A stretch of DNA of 64,000 nt from Nitrospirota bacterium. GTDB taxonomy: Bacteria; Nitrospirota; Nitrospiria; Nitrospirales; Nitrospiraceae. The stretch is taken from assembly GCA_963703955.1 (NCBI GenBank), contig CAVPGK010000010.1, positions 192,001-256,000 on the forward strand. The letters are read 5' to 3'. The notes under the pieces were generated by a model. That model did no database searches. It worked only from the letters and a program-made list of their open reading frames with translations, and was not told the DNA's origin. Below are positions 20,644 through 31,700 of this stretch, piece by piece. Each line of letters begins with the position of its first letter. Positions within the stretch are counted from its first letter, which is position 1. The translations under genes and the position numbers were made by a program.

Positions 20644-20716
20644 AGACAAGGAAAGACTAAGCGTTCTTTTTACAGCGAACGAAGTGAGCGTAGGGAGGGG
20701 TGGTCGCTTTCCTGAT

Positions 20717-22089
20717 ATGGACCGGCAGATTGTCTGCTTTCAAATTCCATCCTTTGAAATTGCCTTGGCGCGTCTGGAAACTGCCTCTCTCCGAAGCCGG
20801 CCGGTCGCCATCGCGCCTCTTCATACGCCTCGCGCCTGCCTGCATGAAGTGTCTCGTGAAGCGCAAGATGACGGCCTTCGCCCCGGCATGACGGTGGATG
20901 TGGCTCATCGTCTTTGTCCGTCCTTGCGCCTAATTCCTCCTGATCCGCTGCGTGTTCGCCAAGCGCAGCACTATCTCGAGAACATCGTGGCGCGGTTCGC
21001 GCCGGTCTGGGAGCCGGTCCGCCCCGGCCATGTGTTTCTGGATCTCACGGGCACGACTCGCCTGTTCGGCGCAACCGTCGATACGGCTCTGCGGATTGAA
21101 CAGGAACTGACGCGGCGACACGGGCTAACGGGGATCATGGGGATTGCGAGCAATAAGTTGGTTTCCCACGTCGCTGCCGCCACGCTCGCGCAACCTCCGA
21201 AATGCCGCAATGTGCAGTCGGGATCGGAGCGAACATTTCTCGCACCCTTGCCCGTCTCTATTCTTCCCGGCTTGAACCGGACGGTGGCGCGAAAGGCCCT
21301 TGCTATCTTAGACGATCTCAACCTGCAGACCTTGGGGCAGATCGCAGAGGTTCCTCTGCCTGAGCTCGAATTGGCGTTGGGGCGGCCGGCGAAGATGCTC
21401 CATCGCTGGGCCTACGGCATCGATCCATCGCCGGTTCTGCCGACGGTTCAGTATGCGTGTATCGATATTCCTTTGGAACTGGAGCCGGATGAAATCGATG
21501 ACGGACTGTCCGGCCTTCTCTATGAGCCATTGGAATGGCTCTGCCGGCAGCTTCGTCGATACCGACAAATATGCCGGCGTCTCACGCTCATCGTTCGATA
21601 CAGCGACCATGTGCAGGTGTCCAGGTCTCATATGTTCAAGCCGGGCATGTATTGGGAGACCGACATGTATCCCCATCTCAAAAACTTATTCTTTCGATGT
21701 TTTCAGCGAAGAGTCCGACTTCGTACCATAACAATCAGCGCCGAAGTCACCGATGTATCCGGAGCGCCGGGAGAACAGCTCTCACTGTTTGATAGAGAAC
21801 CTGCTCGGGAGCACTCGATACACCATGACCTATTCCACCCACCACCGATGATAGTTCACCCGCTATCACACTCTCCCGTTCCCCAGGTGCGCCGAGACAC
21901 ACCTTTTTCCCATGGCTCGAGCTGGCCAAGACCAGCTCCTTGCCAATTTCACCCGCCACCCCGAGCTGGCCAAGACCAGCTCCTTGCCCATGGTCCCGAG
22001 CGCATCGTCTTGCCGTAGCCCTGGATCGTGTTCGGGAACGCTTCGGCGAGCATTCAGTGTGGTGGGGCCGATCGCGCGGTTTGCATTGA
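20717..22089 (+). CDS. imuB: ImuB-like catalytically inactive Y-family polymerase (frameshift near 21955)
   Basis: Y-family fold (RPVAIAP, LRPGMTV..A..LCP, GIASNKLVS) but the catalytic acidic residues are replaced (IVCFQIPSF; VRPGHVFLD). Beta-clamp motif QLSLF. Adding one C near 21955 restores the tail RAHRLAVALDRVRERFGEHSVWWGR with stop at 22087-22089. Confidence 0.8.
21830..21990 (+). repeat. Cluster of intragenic hairpin element copies in the ImuB C-terminal linker
   Basis: 27-bp direct repeat CGAGCTGGCCAAGACCAGCTCCTTGCC at 21918-21944 and 21962-21988 (stem GAGCTGG/CCAGCTC), plus CCCCAGGTGCGCCGAGACACACCTTTTTCCC and TTTCACCCGCC leaders. Confidence 0.85.
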
Positions 22090-22099
22090 TGGATCCATC

Positions 22100-25000
22100 G
22101 TGCCCTCTTTTGTCCACCTGCACGTTCATTCCCAGTATTCCCCCATGCAAGGCGTCTCATCCTTGCACGCGCTTTGCGAGACGGCCCGCGCACAAGGAGC
22201 GTGCACGCTTGCCCTGACCGATACGAATGGGCTGTATGGCGTGATTCGCTTTTTGGAGATCGCACGCCAAACCGAGCTGCGGCCGATCTTGGGCGCTGAG
22301 TTGACCGAGAAAGCAGGTCGTGCCGTACTCTTGGTCAAAACACCCGAAGGGTATGCCAATCTCTGCCGGCTGCTTTCGGTCCGGCATGGCGACACCTCTT
22401 TTGATCTGATCGAAGCCGTGGCTCGGCATCGAAAAGGATTAATCATCCTCTCCGATGACCCCCAAGCGCTCACCACATGGGGGAACGAGTCGCCGGAGGA
22501 TCTTTATGTGGAGCTGACGCCCGGACCGACGATGCAGAGGCTTCTTACCTTCAGCCGCCGTATCAATCTGCCGTCTGTCGCCACCAATTGCGTCCATTTC
22601 GTGCATCCGCAGGAATTTGCCGTTCACCGTCTGCTCCGAGCCATTGCCCTCAATACGACACTCTCGCGCCTTCCGCGCGACGCGTGCTGCTCTCCGACTC
22701 ACTGGCTCATGCCGGCCTCGACATTGGAGCGCCAGTTTCCTCATGTGCCCGAAGCGCTGAAGAATACTCACCGGATCGCCGAAGCCTGCCACACTGAGTG
22801 GGATTTCAAGCAGACGATCTTTCCGGCATTTCGCGAGCTGTCGAATGATGAAGCGTTTGCGCTGCTTCACACGAAAACTTACGAGGGCGCCCTAGAACGC
22901 TATGAGACGCTGACGGACACAATTCGAAAACGGATCGAAGACGAATTAGCCATCATCCGTCAGAAACGGTTTGCGCATTACTTTCTCGTGGTCGAAGAAA
23001 TCGTCCGGCAAGCGCCTCGGACCTGTGGCCGAGGCTCGGTTGCGGCATCGATCGTCTCCTACTGCCTAAGGATTACTCACGTGGATCCCATCGAACATAA
23101 CCTATTCTTTGAACGATTTTTGAATCCCGGCCGGCAAGACCCGCCGGATATCGACATTGATTTCCCTTGGGACGAACGGGATGGCATTGTGGACCAAGTG
23201 CTTAAAACCTATGGCGCCGAAAGGTGCGCCATGGTGGCGAATCAGAATACGTTGGAACTGCGCGGCGCGCTACGCGAAGTGGCGAAGGTCTATGGCATCC
23301 CCGCTGAGGAAATCGGTCGCGTGGCCTCTCGCATCCTGCGTGAGAAGGACTTTCTTTGGTTTGAAGAAACCATGCCGACGCCGCAGGGGTGGGCGAAATG
23401 CCTTAGCCAAGCGCTGCGGCTCAGAGATCCCTGGCCGGAGATTCTTAGTTTAGCGGTCCAAGTCCGTGGTCATTTCCGGCATCTCTCTCTTCATTGTGGG
23501 GGCCTTATCATCGTGCCGGACGAAATTCGGCGCTACGTGCCGGTCGAGGTCTCCGCCAAGGGTGTGCCGGTGATTCAATGGGAGAAGGACCAAGCCGAAG
23601 AGGCCGGTCTCGTCAAGATTGATCTCTTGGGCAATCGTTCACTCGCCGTCATCCGTGATGCTTTGAAGGCCATCGAACGGAATACCGGCCACCGCCTCGA
23701 CTATACGACGTGGAATCCGCTTCATGATCCTGTCACGCAAGAACTGATTCGACGAGGCGACACGATGGGATGCTTCTACATCGAATCGCCGGCTACCCGC
23801 CTGCTACTCAGAAAGCTCTGGGGCGGCATGCCGCCGGATCGTCGAGCGACGGCCGACGTGTTTGAGTATCTCGTCATGGTATCCTCCCTCATCCGACCGG
23901 CCGCGAATCCGTTTGTTGAGGAATTCATCCGGCGCGCGCAAGGGAAACCCTATCAACCCTGGCATCCTCTTCTGAAAGACATTTTGGATGAAACTCACGG
24001 CATCATGACGTACCAGGAAGACGTCACCAAGGTAGCGATGGCAGTGGCCGACTTTTCCGTCGAAGATGCGGATCAGTTACGGAAGGTGATCAGCAAGAAA
24101 CACAAGCAACGACAACTGCAAGACTATCACGCTCAATTTTGTGAAGGAGCGGCGAAGAACGGCGTGTCGTCCTCCACGATCGCGCTTCTGTGGGAGATGA
24201 TCATGAGTTTCGCGGGCTACAGTTTTTGCAAACCGCATTCAGCCAGCTATGCACAGGTCTCGTTCAAATCCGCCTACCTCCGAGCGCATTACCCCGCCGA
24301 ATTCATGGCGTCGGTCATCAGCAACCAAGGCGGCTTCTACTCGACGTTCGCCTATGTCTCCGAGTCCCGCCGCATGGAACTCATGATCTTGCCGCCCGAT
24401 GTGAATATCAGCGATTGGGTCTACATCGGCAAAGGACGAACCCTCCGCATCGGACTGATGCAAGTGAAAACCTTGACCCGTGAATTGGCGGATCGGATCA
24501 TGAAGGAACGGAACACGGCAGGTTTGTTCCGATCCTTCCAAGATTTTCTCGCCCGCGTCAAGCCCGAGCAGACGCAAGCCCGCGCGTTGATCCGCGCCGG
24601 CTGCTGCGATTCATTGGCCGGAGAGCTGACACGGCCGGCGCTGCTGTGGCGACTCTATGCGGATCGGCACCAGCCTGTGCCACACCTTCCTATTCCTGAA
24701 GAATACTCGGAAGCGAGCAGGCTGGCGCATGAAGTCGAGACGTTAGGTTTCGTCTTCAGCCGTCATCCGCTGGAGCTGTATCGTTCACACTTGAACGGCG
24801 TGCGGTATATCGCGGGGCGAGACATGGCCCAGCACGTGGGCCGGCAGGTCACGATGATCGGATGGTTGATCACCGAAAAATCGGTGGAGACCAAGGACGG
24901 CGAGCCGATGGAATTTGTCACGTTCGAGGATATGACCGCTCTCTACGACGCCACGATCTTCCCAGACGCGTATCGCCGCTTCTGTCATCTGCTCTCCCCC

Positions 25001-25141
25001 GACCAGCCGTATGTTCTACGCGGCGTTGTCGAAGAGAACTTCGGCGCCGTGACGCTAACGATTCAGACGTTAGAATGTTTAGAGCAATCTAGAGGGGCAG
25101 TTCGCACTCTGGGATCTGATTCGGACCATTCACGCCACTGA
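22100..25141 (+). CDS. dnaE2: Error-prone DNA polymerase III alpha subunit (DnaE2/ImuC)
   Basis: PHP FVHLHVHS, GRGS, PPDIDIDF, KIDLLG, YQED, FCKPHSASYA, C-terminal OB fold; about 1013 aa directly after imuB. Confidence 0.92.
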   Translation: MPSFVHLHVHSQYSPMQGVSSLHALCETARAQGACTLALTDTNGLYGVIRFLEIARQTELRPILGAELTEKAGRAVLLVKTPEGYANLCRLLSVRHGDTSFDLIEAVARHRKGLIILSDDPQALTTWGNESPEDLYVELTPGPTMQRLLTFSRRINLPSVATNCVHFVHPQEFAVHRLLRAIALNTTLSRLPRDACCSPTHWLMPASTLERQFPHVPEALKNTHRIAEACHTEWDFKQTIFPAFRELSNDEAFALLHTKTYEGALERYETLTDTIRKRIEDELAIIRQKRFAHYFLVVEEIVRQAPRTCGRGSVAASIVSYCLRITHVDPIEHNLFFERFLNPGRQDPPDIDIDFPWDERDGIVDQVLKTYGAERCAMVANQNTLELRGALREVAKVYGIPAEEIGRVASRILREKDFLWFEETMPTPQGWAKCLSQALRLRDPWPEILSLAVQVRGHFRHLSLHCGGLIIVPDEIRRYVPVEVSAKGVPVIQWEKDQAEEAGLVKIDLLGNRSLAVIRDALKAIERNTGHRLDYTTWNPLHDPVTQELIRRGDTMGCFYIESPATRLLLRKLWGGMPPDRRATADVFEYLVMVSSLIRPAANPFVEEFIRRAQGKPYQPWHPLLKDILDETHGIMTYQEDVTKVAMAVADFSVEDADQLRKVISKKHKQRQLQDYHAQFCEGAAKNGVSSSTIALLWEMIMSFAGYSFCKPHSASYAQVSFKSAYLRAHYPAEFMASVISNQGGFYSTFAYVSESRRMELMILPPDVNISDWVYIGKGRTLRIGLMQVKTLTRELADRIMKERNTAGLFRSFQDFLARVKPEQTQARALIRAGCCDSLAGELTRPALLWRLYADRHQPVPHLPIPEEYSEASRLAHEVETLGFVFSRHPLELYRSHLNGVRYIAGRDMAQHVGRQVTMIGWLITEKSVETKDGEPMEFVTFEDMTALYDATIFPDAYRRFCHLLSPDQPYVLRGVVEENFGAVTLTIQTLECLEQSRGAVRTLGSDSDHSRH

Positions 25142-25199
25142 ACACGCGTTCCAACTTTGCACGCGACCCAACAGACCGAAGAATGACTGAGAGGCGGAG

Positions 25200-27099
25200 T
25201 CAGTGGCGCGGGTCCTGCACGGGCAAACCTTCAAGTGCCATGATGCGGAGCGCATTCGTGGTCGGGCATGGCCCGGGCCGAAGCCGGTAATCAAAGGTCA
25301 GGATGTTTGCCTCCACGGTTTCCTGAAAATGGGCATTCGTGACGTGCGTGATGGCCTTTTCCATCTCGGCGAGTTCAAGGTCATGCGTCGTGACCATGCC
25401 GAATCCATTGCTTTCCGCCAGCGAGGTAATAAAGGCGCGACTGCCAATCAGCCGCTCGCGATTATTCGTGCCTTTGAAGATCTCATCGATCAGGAACAGC
25501 ACCGGTGGGGCTGACCGCTCGAAGGCCGCGTCGAGTAGCCGCTTCAGCCGCTTGACCTCCACATAGAAGAATGAGAGCCCGGCGTCCAACGAATCATCCA
25601 CTCGAATGCAGCAGAAGATTCGGACCCATGTCCATTCGAAGGACGCCGCGCAGACCGGCGCGCCGGCTTGCGCCAGGCACATATTGATCCCGATGGTTCG
25701 CAGGAATGTGCTTTTACCCGACATGTTTGACCCGGTGATGAGGAGGACTCGACCGGCGCCGCTCAGGTCCAAGTCATTGGTGACTCGCTGATTCGAGGTT
25801 ATCAATGGGTGGCCGAGAGCCTTGGCCCTGATGGCGGGTGGGATCCCATTGCCGGCGTCGGCCATCCGTAAGGGTAACGGCCAGGAATAGTCCGGGTGAA
25901 GATACGCGAACGTGCCCATTGCTGCTGCGGCTTCCACTTCCGCCAGCGTTTCGAGCCAGACCGGAACCTGCGCCAAGACGCGTCGTCGCAGTCCTTCCAG
26001 CCTGTACGTGAAAAACAGGTCCCAAGGCCCAAGACCGTTCAGCGCGAGGTGAACGAGCGGATGGGCGCGAACGCTTAAGGCTTGTGCAACCCGCGCGAGA
26101 CGGCGGATATAGGCGGACGGTTGTGTCTGGTCGTTCAGGAGCGGGGAGAAGAGTTGCCCCAACACTGGGGTGGCGGCATAGGACCGGCGTTCGAGGTATC
26201 GGAAGATGGCCCCAAGTTTATCAAGCTCTTGATGAAGCGAGAGAGCGCGGCTGAACACCGGCGCGGTTCGGCCGCTGACCAAGAGGTAGATGAGGGCATA
26301 GGAAGTGAGTGAAAGGGTCCAGTATTCTGGGAGCCCCGTGATCGCCGACCACAGTGCCAAGGTCAGCGTTGTCGCCGCCAGGATGGTCTCAATGATCAGA
26401 ACGGGGATAAGACCGGCAAATCCGGCCGGTGGGTCGAGCGCGGACTGAATCCGCGATCCATTCAGTTCCGATTCACCGACCAGCGACGCTTCCAAGATCA
26501 GGCGGTCCCGGAAGAGCGGTAGTCGGCTAAGTTCTTTGATCAGGGATTGTCGCGCTTGCCAGCGCGTTACCTCCGGCAGTTGAGAGAAGAGCCAGCTTGC
26601 CAATCGCTCCTGACCAGTGGATGACAGGGTGGTATCGAGCAACTGGAACAAGGAGTGCCGACCGATGAGATCGAGATCCGCGCCATAGGGATGTCCCTCA
26701 GGAGCCGGCGTCGTCCGAGCCGGTATCCCGCTCCAATCCAAGCGGAGACGCGCGAGATTGGTTGTCTTAATATCCCGCCAGAGTCGCAGCCGGTGCATCC
26801 GATCGGCGAGCCTGCTATGATACCGCGCGACCGTCAGGAAAATGACCAAGAAAACCGCCAGCGTGATGTTGCCGAGGTGGTACAGGCGGGCATGAAACAA
26901 CGTCACGGAGAGAACGGCGCCCACGAGGAAAATTACCACTCGCCAGCGGGTAAATTGGTTGCTCACCCGCTCGCTGATTCGCAGGAGCCGATCCGCGCGG
27001 GCAATGATACATTGGAGGCTCCGCTCACGAGCGAGGTCGGCGGCCCGCTGGTCAGTGGCACGAGTCATCATCTCGGACCTTACTCGTTCCGAGATCATT
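25200..27099 (-). CDS. Membrane-anchored MutS-related ATPase (domain V only); start uncertain
   Basis: TGSNMSGKSTFLR, SFFYVEV, DEIFKGTN, TTHDLEL; N-terminal TM helices; no mismatch-binding domain visible. Confidence 0.85.
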
Positions 27100-27177
27100 G
27101 CGTCAACCGTACGGCAGAGGATCGAACACGACACTGGACGAAGCTCGACCAAGTATGCAATCGGAGGGATCACCCAC

Positions 27178-27711
27178 ATGAATCTCTTTTCCGTGAAGGG
27201 GCCGCCGCGACTGCATCAAATCAATCTGTCGGATGGAGGAGTGCCGAAGCTTCCGGTGCCGCGCACGCGTATCACGGTCCAGGGAGTGGAAGGAGATCGG
27301 CAACGAAATCCCGCGATCCATGGGGGGCCGAATCGAGCGGTCTGTCTCTTTTCGTTGGAAGTCATCGAGGCGTTGCAAGCCGAAGGTCATTTCATTGCCC
27401 CGGGATCGAGCGGAGAGAATTTGACTTTGGCCGGAATTGACTGGCCGAGTCTCAAACCGGGTGATCGTCTTTCTGTGGGTGATGTGCGACTGGAGGTCAC
27501 AAGCTACACGGCGCCATGTGTTCACAATGCCCGGTGGTTTCAGGACGGCGATTTCAGCCGGATCTCGCACAAGAAATATCCAGGCTGGAGCCGGGTGTAT
27601 GCGCGGGTCCTCACGGAGGGGGTTGTGCGGCCGGGAGATCCTGTGAACATCGACAAGTGGGTTAGCGATCAGCCATCAACTATCAACTCTGACTCGAGGA
27701 ATCGGAGCTGA
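27178..27711 (+). CDS. MOSC domain protein (YiiM-like)
   Basis: GGVPK, GVEGD..HGGPNRAV, GENLT, LEVT..APC, YARVL.EG.V.PGD. Confidence 0.88.
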   Translation: MNLFSVKGPPRLHQINLSDGGVPKLPVPRTRITVQGVEGDRQRNPAIHGGPNRAVCLFSLEVIEALQAEGHFIAPGSSGENLTLAGIDWPSLKPGDRLSVGDVRLEVTSYTAPCVHNARWFQDGDFSRISHKKYPGWSRVYARVLTEGVVRPGDPVNIDKWVSDQPSTINSDSRNRS

Positions 27712-27755
27712 CGGGCAAAGGCCAATCATCAGGGGCTTGCATCAAAGAGGACAGG

Positions 27756-28415
27756 ATGGAGCGTGTGCTCGAGCCGGAAATCATGGACGATCCCGAGCAG
27801 GCATTGGCCTATGCGCGGGCGGACTTTGAGGAAGAAAACCAAGGGTTCGTCGACCGATTTGTTGAGTACTATTCCGATTTCACGCAGGGACATGTGCTCG
27901 ATCTCGGTTGCGGACCCGCCGATATTCCCATTCGCCTTGCCCGCGCGCTCCCCGGTTGTCGCGTGACGGGGGTGGATGGGTCGCTGCCTATGATTCGCCT
28001 CGGGGAGGAGGCGGTCAGATCGGCCGGGCTGAGCAACCGTATCTCCTTGCGCTGCGAGCGCTTTCAGTCCTATTCCCCGAAAGAACCTGCGGACGCCGTC
28101 ATATCGAATAGCTTAGTCCATCACCTCACCAATCCTTTGAAGTTTTGGTACGCGCTCAAGCAGCTCGTGAAGCCGGGATCCTTTATCTTGGTGATGGATC
28201 TGCTCCGACCCGCTTCTCCCGAAGCGGCCGAGGCTATCGTCGAGCAGTATGCCGCCAATGAATCGCCGATCCTGCGGCGGGATTTTTACAATTCGCTTTT
28301 AGCCGCTTTTACGGAGGACGAGGTGGCGGCTCAACTCGCGGAGCTGAACCTCAGCCGTCTGATGATCGATGTCGTGGATGATCGACATTGGGTGGTGGGC
28401 GGGCGGATATTCTAG
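27756..28415 (+). CDS. Class I SAM-dependent methyltransferase
   Basis: VLDLGCGPAD, GVDGS, SNSLVHH. Confidence 0.9.
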   Translation: MERVLEPEIMDDPEQALAYARADFEEENQGFVDRFVEYYSDFTQGHVLDLGCGPADIPIRLARALPGCRVTGVDGSLPMIRLGEEAVRSAGLSNRISLRCERFQSYSPKEPADAVISNSLVHHLTNPLKFWYALKQLVKPGSFILVMDLLRPASPEAAEAIVEQYAANESPILRRDFYNSLLAAFTEDEVAAQLAELNLSRLMIDVVDDRHWVVGGRIF

Positions 28416-28716
28416 TGGACTCTAACAGCCAAACTGGTAGTATGAAAGTGCCATACGAATCCGCAACACGTTAAATGCATGTAATCCAGACTCAAGTCAT
28501 CTCATCATCGAACGCTACCGATTCGCCTGTTACAGTCCACTCGTAACAATTGAAGCCTGGAGAGAAAATCTTATGTCACAATGTTCATCCTATCCTCAAC
28601 AGTCTGGTCTAAGGCGATCCTATGACTTTTCTTGCCAGCTGTTTTCCAACACCCCAATATTGGCGTTCAACAGGCAAGCGGTCTTTGTCTAGCAAGCGCG
28701 TACCTCAGAAGGGCAG

Positions 28717-31700
28717 GTGTTCATGCAGGCCGATGGCATGATCGGAGAAATAGAGCGGCTTAAAGCTCGGGTAGCCTCCCTTGAGCGGCTGCTGGAAGCC
28801 CGTGACCAGACCGTGGTGAAGCAAGCCGGCCGGATCGAGGCGGCTATGAACCAGATCAGCGCCCAATCAGAAGTGCTGCACACTATTCTCACGGGTACTG
28901 CCTCTGCAACGGGAGACCACTTTTTCCATTCGATTGTCTCTCACCTTGCCTCGGCTCTGAAGGTCCGGTACGCCTTGGTCGGAGAAGTGGTCCACGACAG
29001 GCTCGACCGAATTCGTACGTTCGCTGTGTGCGATGGGGAGGAAATGCTAGAAAATTTAGAGTATGACCTCAAGGGCACTCCTTGTGCCGAGGTTATCAAT
29101 CAAAACCTATGCTATTACGAGCGCGGAGTCAGAGAACTCTTTCCCGATGATCGTTTGCTCGCTGACATGGGAGTGGAAAGCTATTGCGGAACTCCGCTGT
29201 TCGATCGCTCCGGTCGGGTGCTCGGCATTCTGGTTGTCCTGCACGACCAGCCCATGCCGAGGGCTCTCGATGTACAAAAGATGCTGACGGTCTTTGCGGA
29301 ACGGGCCGGGGCTGAGCTCGAGCGTAAGTGTGCGGAGGAGGCGCTGCGGGCTTCCGAAGAGAGGTATAGGATGATCTTGGCCTCCGCTCTTGATGGGTTT
29401 TGGGTCATTGATGTCCAGGGAAATATTCTGGAAGTCAATGACGCGTATTGCCGCTTGACCGGGTATCGTCGAGACGAATTGCTCTCAATGAAGGTCGGGG
29501 ACGTTGAAGCCAGTGAGTCACCCAAAGACGTCGTCAAGCATATTCAAGCCGTTCAAGAAGTCGGCGGAGATCGTTTTGAAACTCGCCATCGATGCAAGGG
29601 CGGCGCGATCATTGATGTTGAGGTCAGCGTTCGGTATGTGAATCGTGATGGTGGGCGCTTCTTTTCGTTTTTCCGAGACATCACGGCTCGGAAACGTGCT
29701 GAGGAGTCGCTGCAGCAAGCTGGCGAGCGGGTTCTTAAGCAAGAGTCCGCGCTGTTCAGGTTGACTAAGAGTGAGACCTTACGAACGGCTGATCTCACGA
29801 AGGTGCTACGGCACATCACGGAGGCGGCTGCGCAAACCCTCATGGTCGAGCGCGTCAGCGTCTGGTACTATTCCGAAGATCGGCGTGCGATTCAGTGCGC
29901 CAATCTCTATGAACTAAGCGCAAACCGTCACTCGTCGGGCGTGGAGCTTCGGGCGGACTTCTACCCAGCCTATTTTCACGCGCTGGCCTCGAGCGAGATC
30001 GTCGCCGCAGATGATGCGCATCAGGACACACGAACTAGGGAATTCTCTGCGAATTACCTTTCACCGCTCGGCATCAGCTCGATGATGGATGTCCCAATCT
30101 ATCTATTCGGGAGGTTGGAGGGCGTTATTTGCCATGAACACGTCGGACCATCCCGCCGATGGATGCAAGACGAACAGATGTTCGCCATGGCCCTAGCAAA
30201 CCTGATTTCCCTCGCCTATGAGCAATGGGAGCGCAAGCGGGTAGAGGAAGCGCTGCGCGAGAGCGAGGCACGCTTCAAGGACTTTATGGACAACAGTCCT
30301 GCCATGGCGTGGTTGAAGGACGAGCAAGGACGCTACGTGTACGTGAACAAGCCCTTTGAACATCGCTTCCGCATGCGATTGGAAGACTTCAGAGGACGCA
30401 CCGATTTTGATGTCTTTCCTTTGGAAACGGCCCGGCAATTTTGTGAGAACGATCAGGCGGTTCTGACTGCCGGTTCAGCGCGCGAGCTGTCGGAATTCGC
30501 CGTCACTTCGGACGGCGAGCATCACGACTGGTGGGTCGTCAGGTTTCCGTTTCGAGACGCGTCGGGCATGCGCTACGTCGGAGGTATGGCGTTAGACATT
30601 ACCGAGCGCAAGCGGACAGAAACCGCTCTGCGTGAGAGTGAAGAGCGGCTGAGAATTGCGCTCAATGCCGTCCGCATGGGCATCTGGGATTGGAACATCA
30701 GGACCAATGAAGTGAAGTGGTCGGACAATGTAAAGCGGATCTATGGCGTGTTCGAGGGGACGTTTGCAGGGAGCTACGAAGCCTATTTGACACATGTCCA
30801 CCCCGACGATCGTGAGATGGTGGTCTGTTCCATTACCGACTGTATTGAACAAGGAGCGGAGTATAGCGTTGAACACCGGGTTGTGTGGTCTGATCAGAGC
30901 CTCCATTGGGTCACGTGCAAGGGAGATGTGGTACGCGATGACGCGGGCAACGCGGTACGGATGCTCGGCACGGTGATGGACATCACGGATCGCAAGCGTC
31001 TGGAAGACCAGCTTCGTCATTCGCAGAAAATGGAGGCTGTCGGGCGATTGGCCGGAGGAGTCGCGCACGACTTCAACAATTTGCTGACGGTCATCACGGG
31101 ATATAGCAAGCTCCTGCTCAGTCAGCTTGGCCCTGAGGACGGGATGCGCGATGACGTCGAAGGAATTAGCCAAGCAGGAGACCGCGCGGCTGCCCTCACC
31201 AGACAGTTACTGGCCTTCAGTCGCCGGCAAGTGGTCCAGCTAAAGGTGCTGGATGTTAATGTGGTCGTCACAGACTTGGTAGACATGCTACAGCGTCTGA
31301 TCGGCGAGGATATTCACTTAGTCACGCGCCTTGACCCAAGCCCTGCCTATGTCAAGTTCGACCCGGGCCAGCTAGAACAGGTGCTTGTCAACCTCTCAGT
31401 CAATGCGCGTGATGCGATGCCTGATGGCGGGACACTGACGATTGAAACCATCGATGCCCATGATGCCTCCGCGGCTGGAATCGGTCCGGCAGATCAAGTC
31501 GTCCGGCTGATCGTGCATGATACGGGGTGCGGCATGGATGCGGATACCCTCTCCCATATCTTTGAGCCATTCTTCACGACGAAGGAATTGGGCAAAGGAA
31601 CCGGATTAGGGTTGGCTACCGTCTATGGCATCGTGACACAGAGCGGCGGGACCATTGAGGCCAGCAGCGTGCCGGGGCAGGGGACTACCTTCACGATGGT

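Noticed and set aside
21918..21988. Two 27-bp palindromic direct repeats as a mini-CRISPR
   Set aside because: Only two units, a 17-bp spacer that is itself the element leader, located inside a CDS, and no cas genes.
25200..27099. Canonical mismatch-repair mutS
   Set aside because: Has TM helices and only the ATPase domain, so no symbol was assigned.
28412..28440. Possible IS end CTAGTGGACTCTAACA after the methyltransferase
   Set aside because: No partner repeat or transposase in the window.
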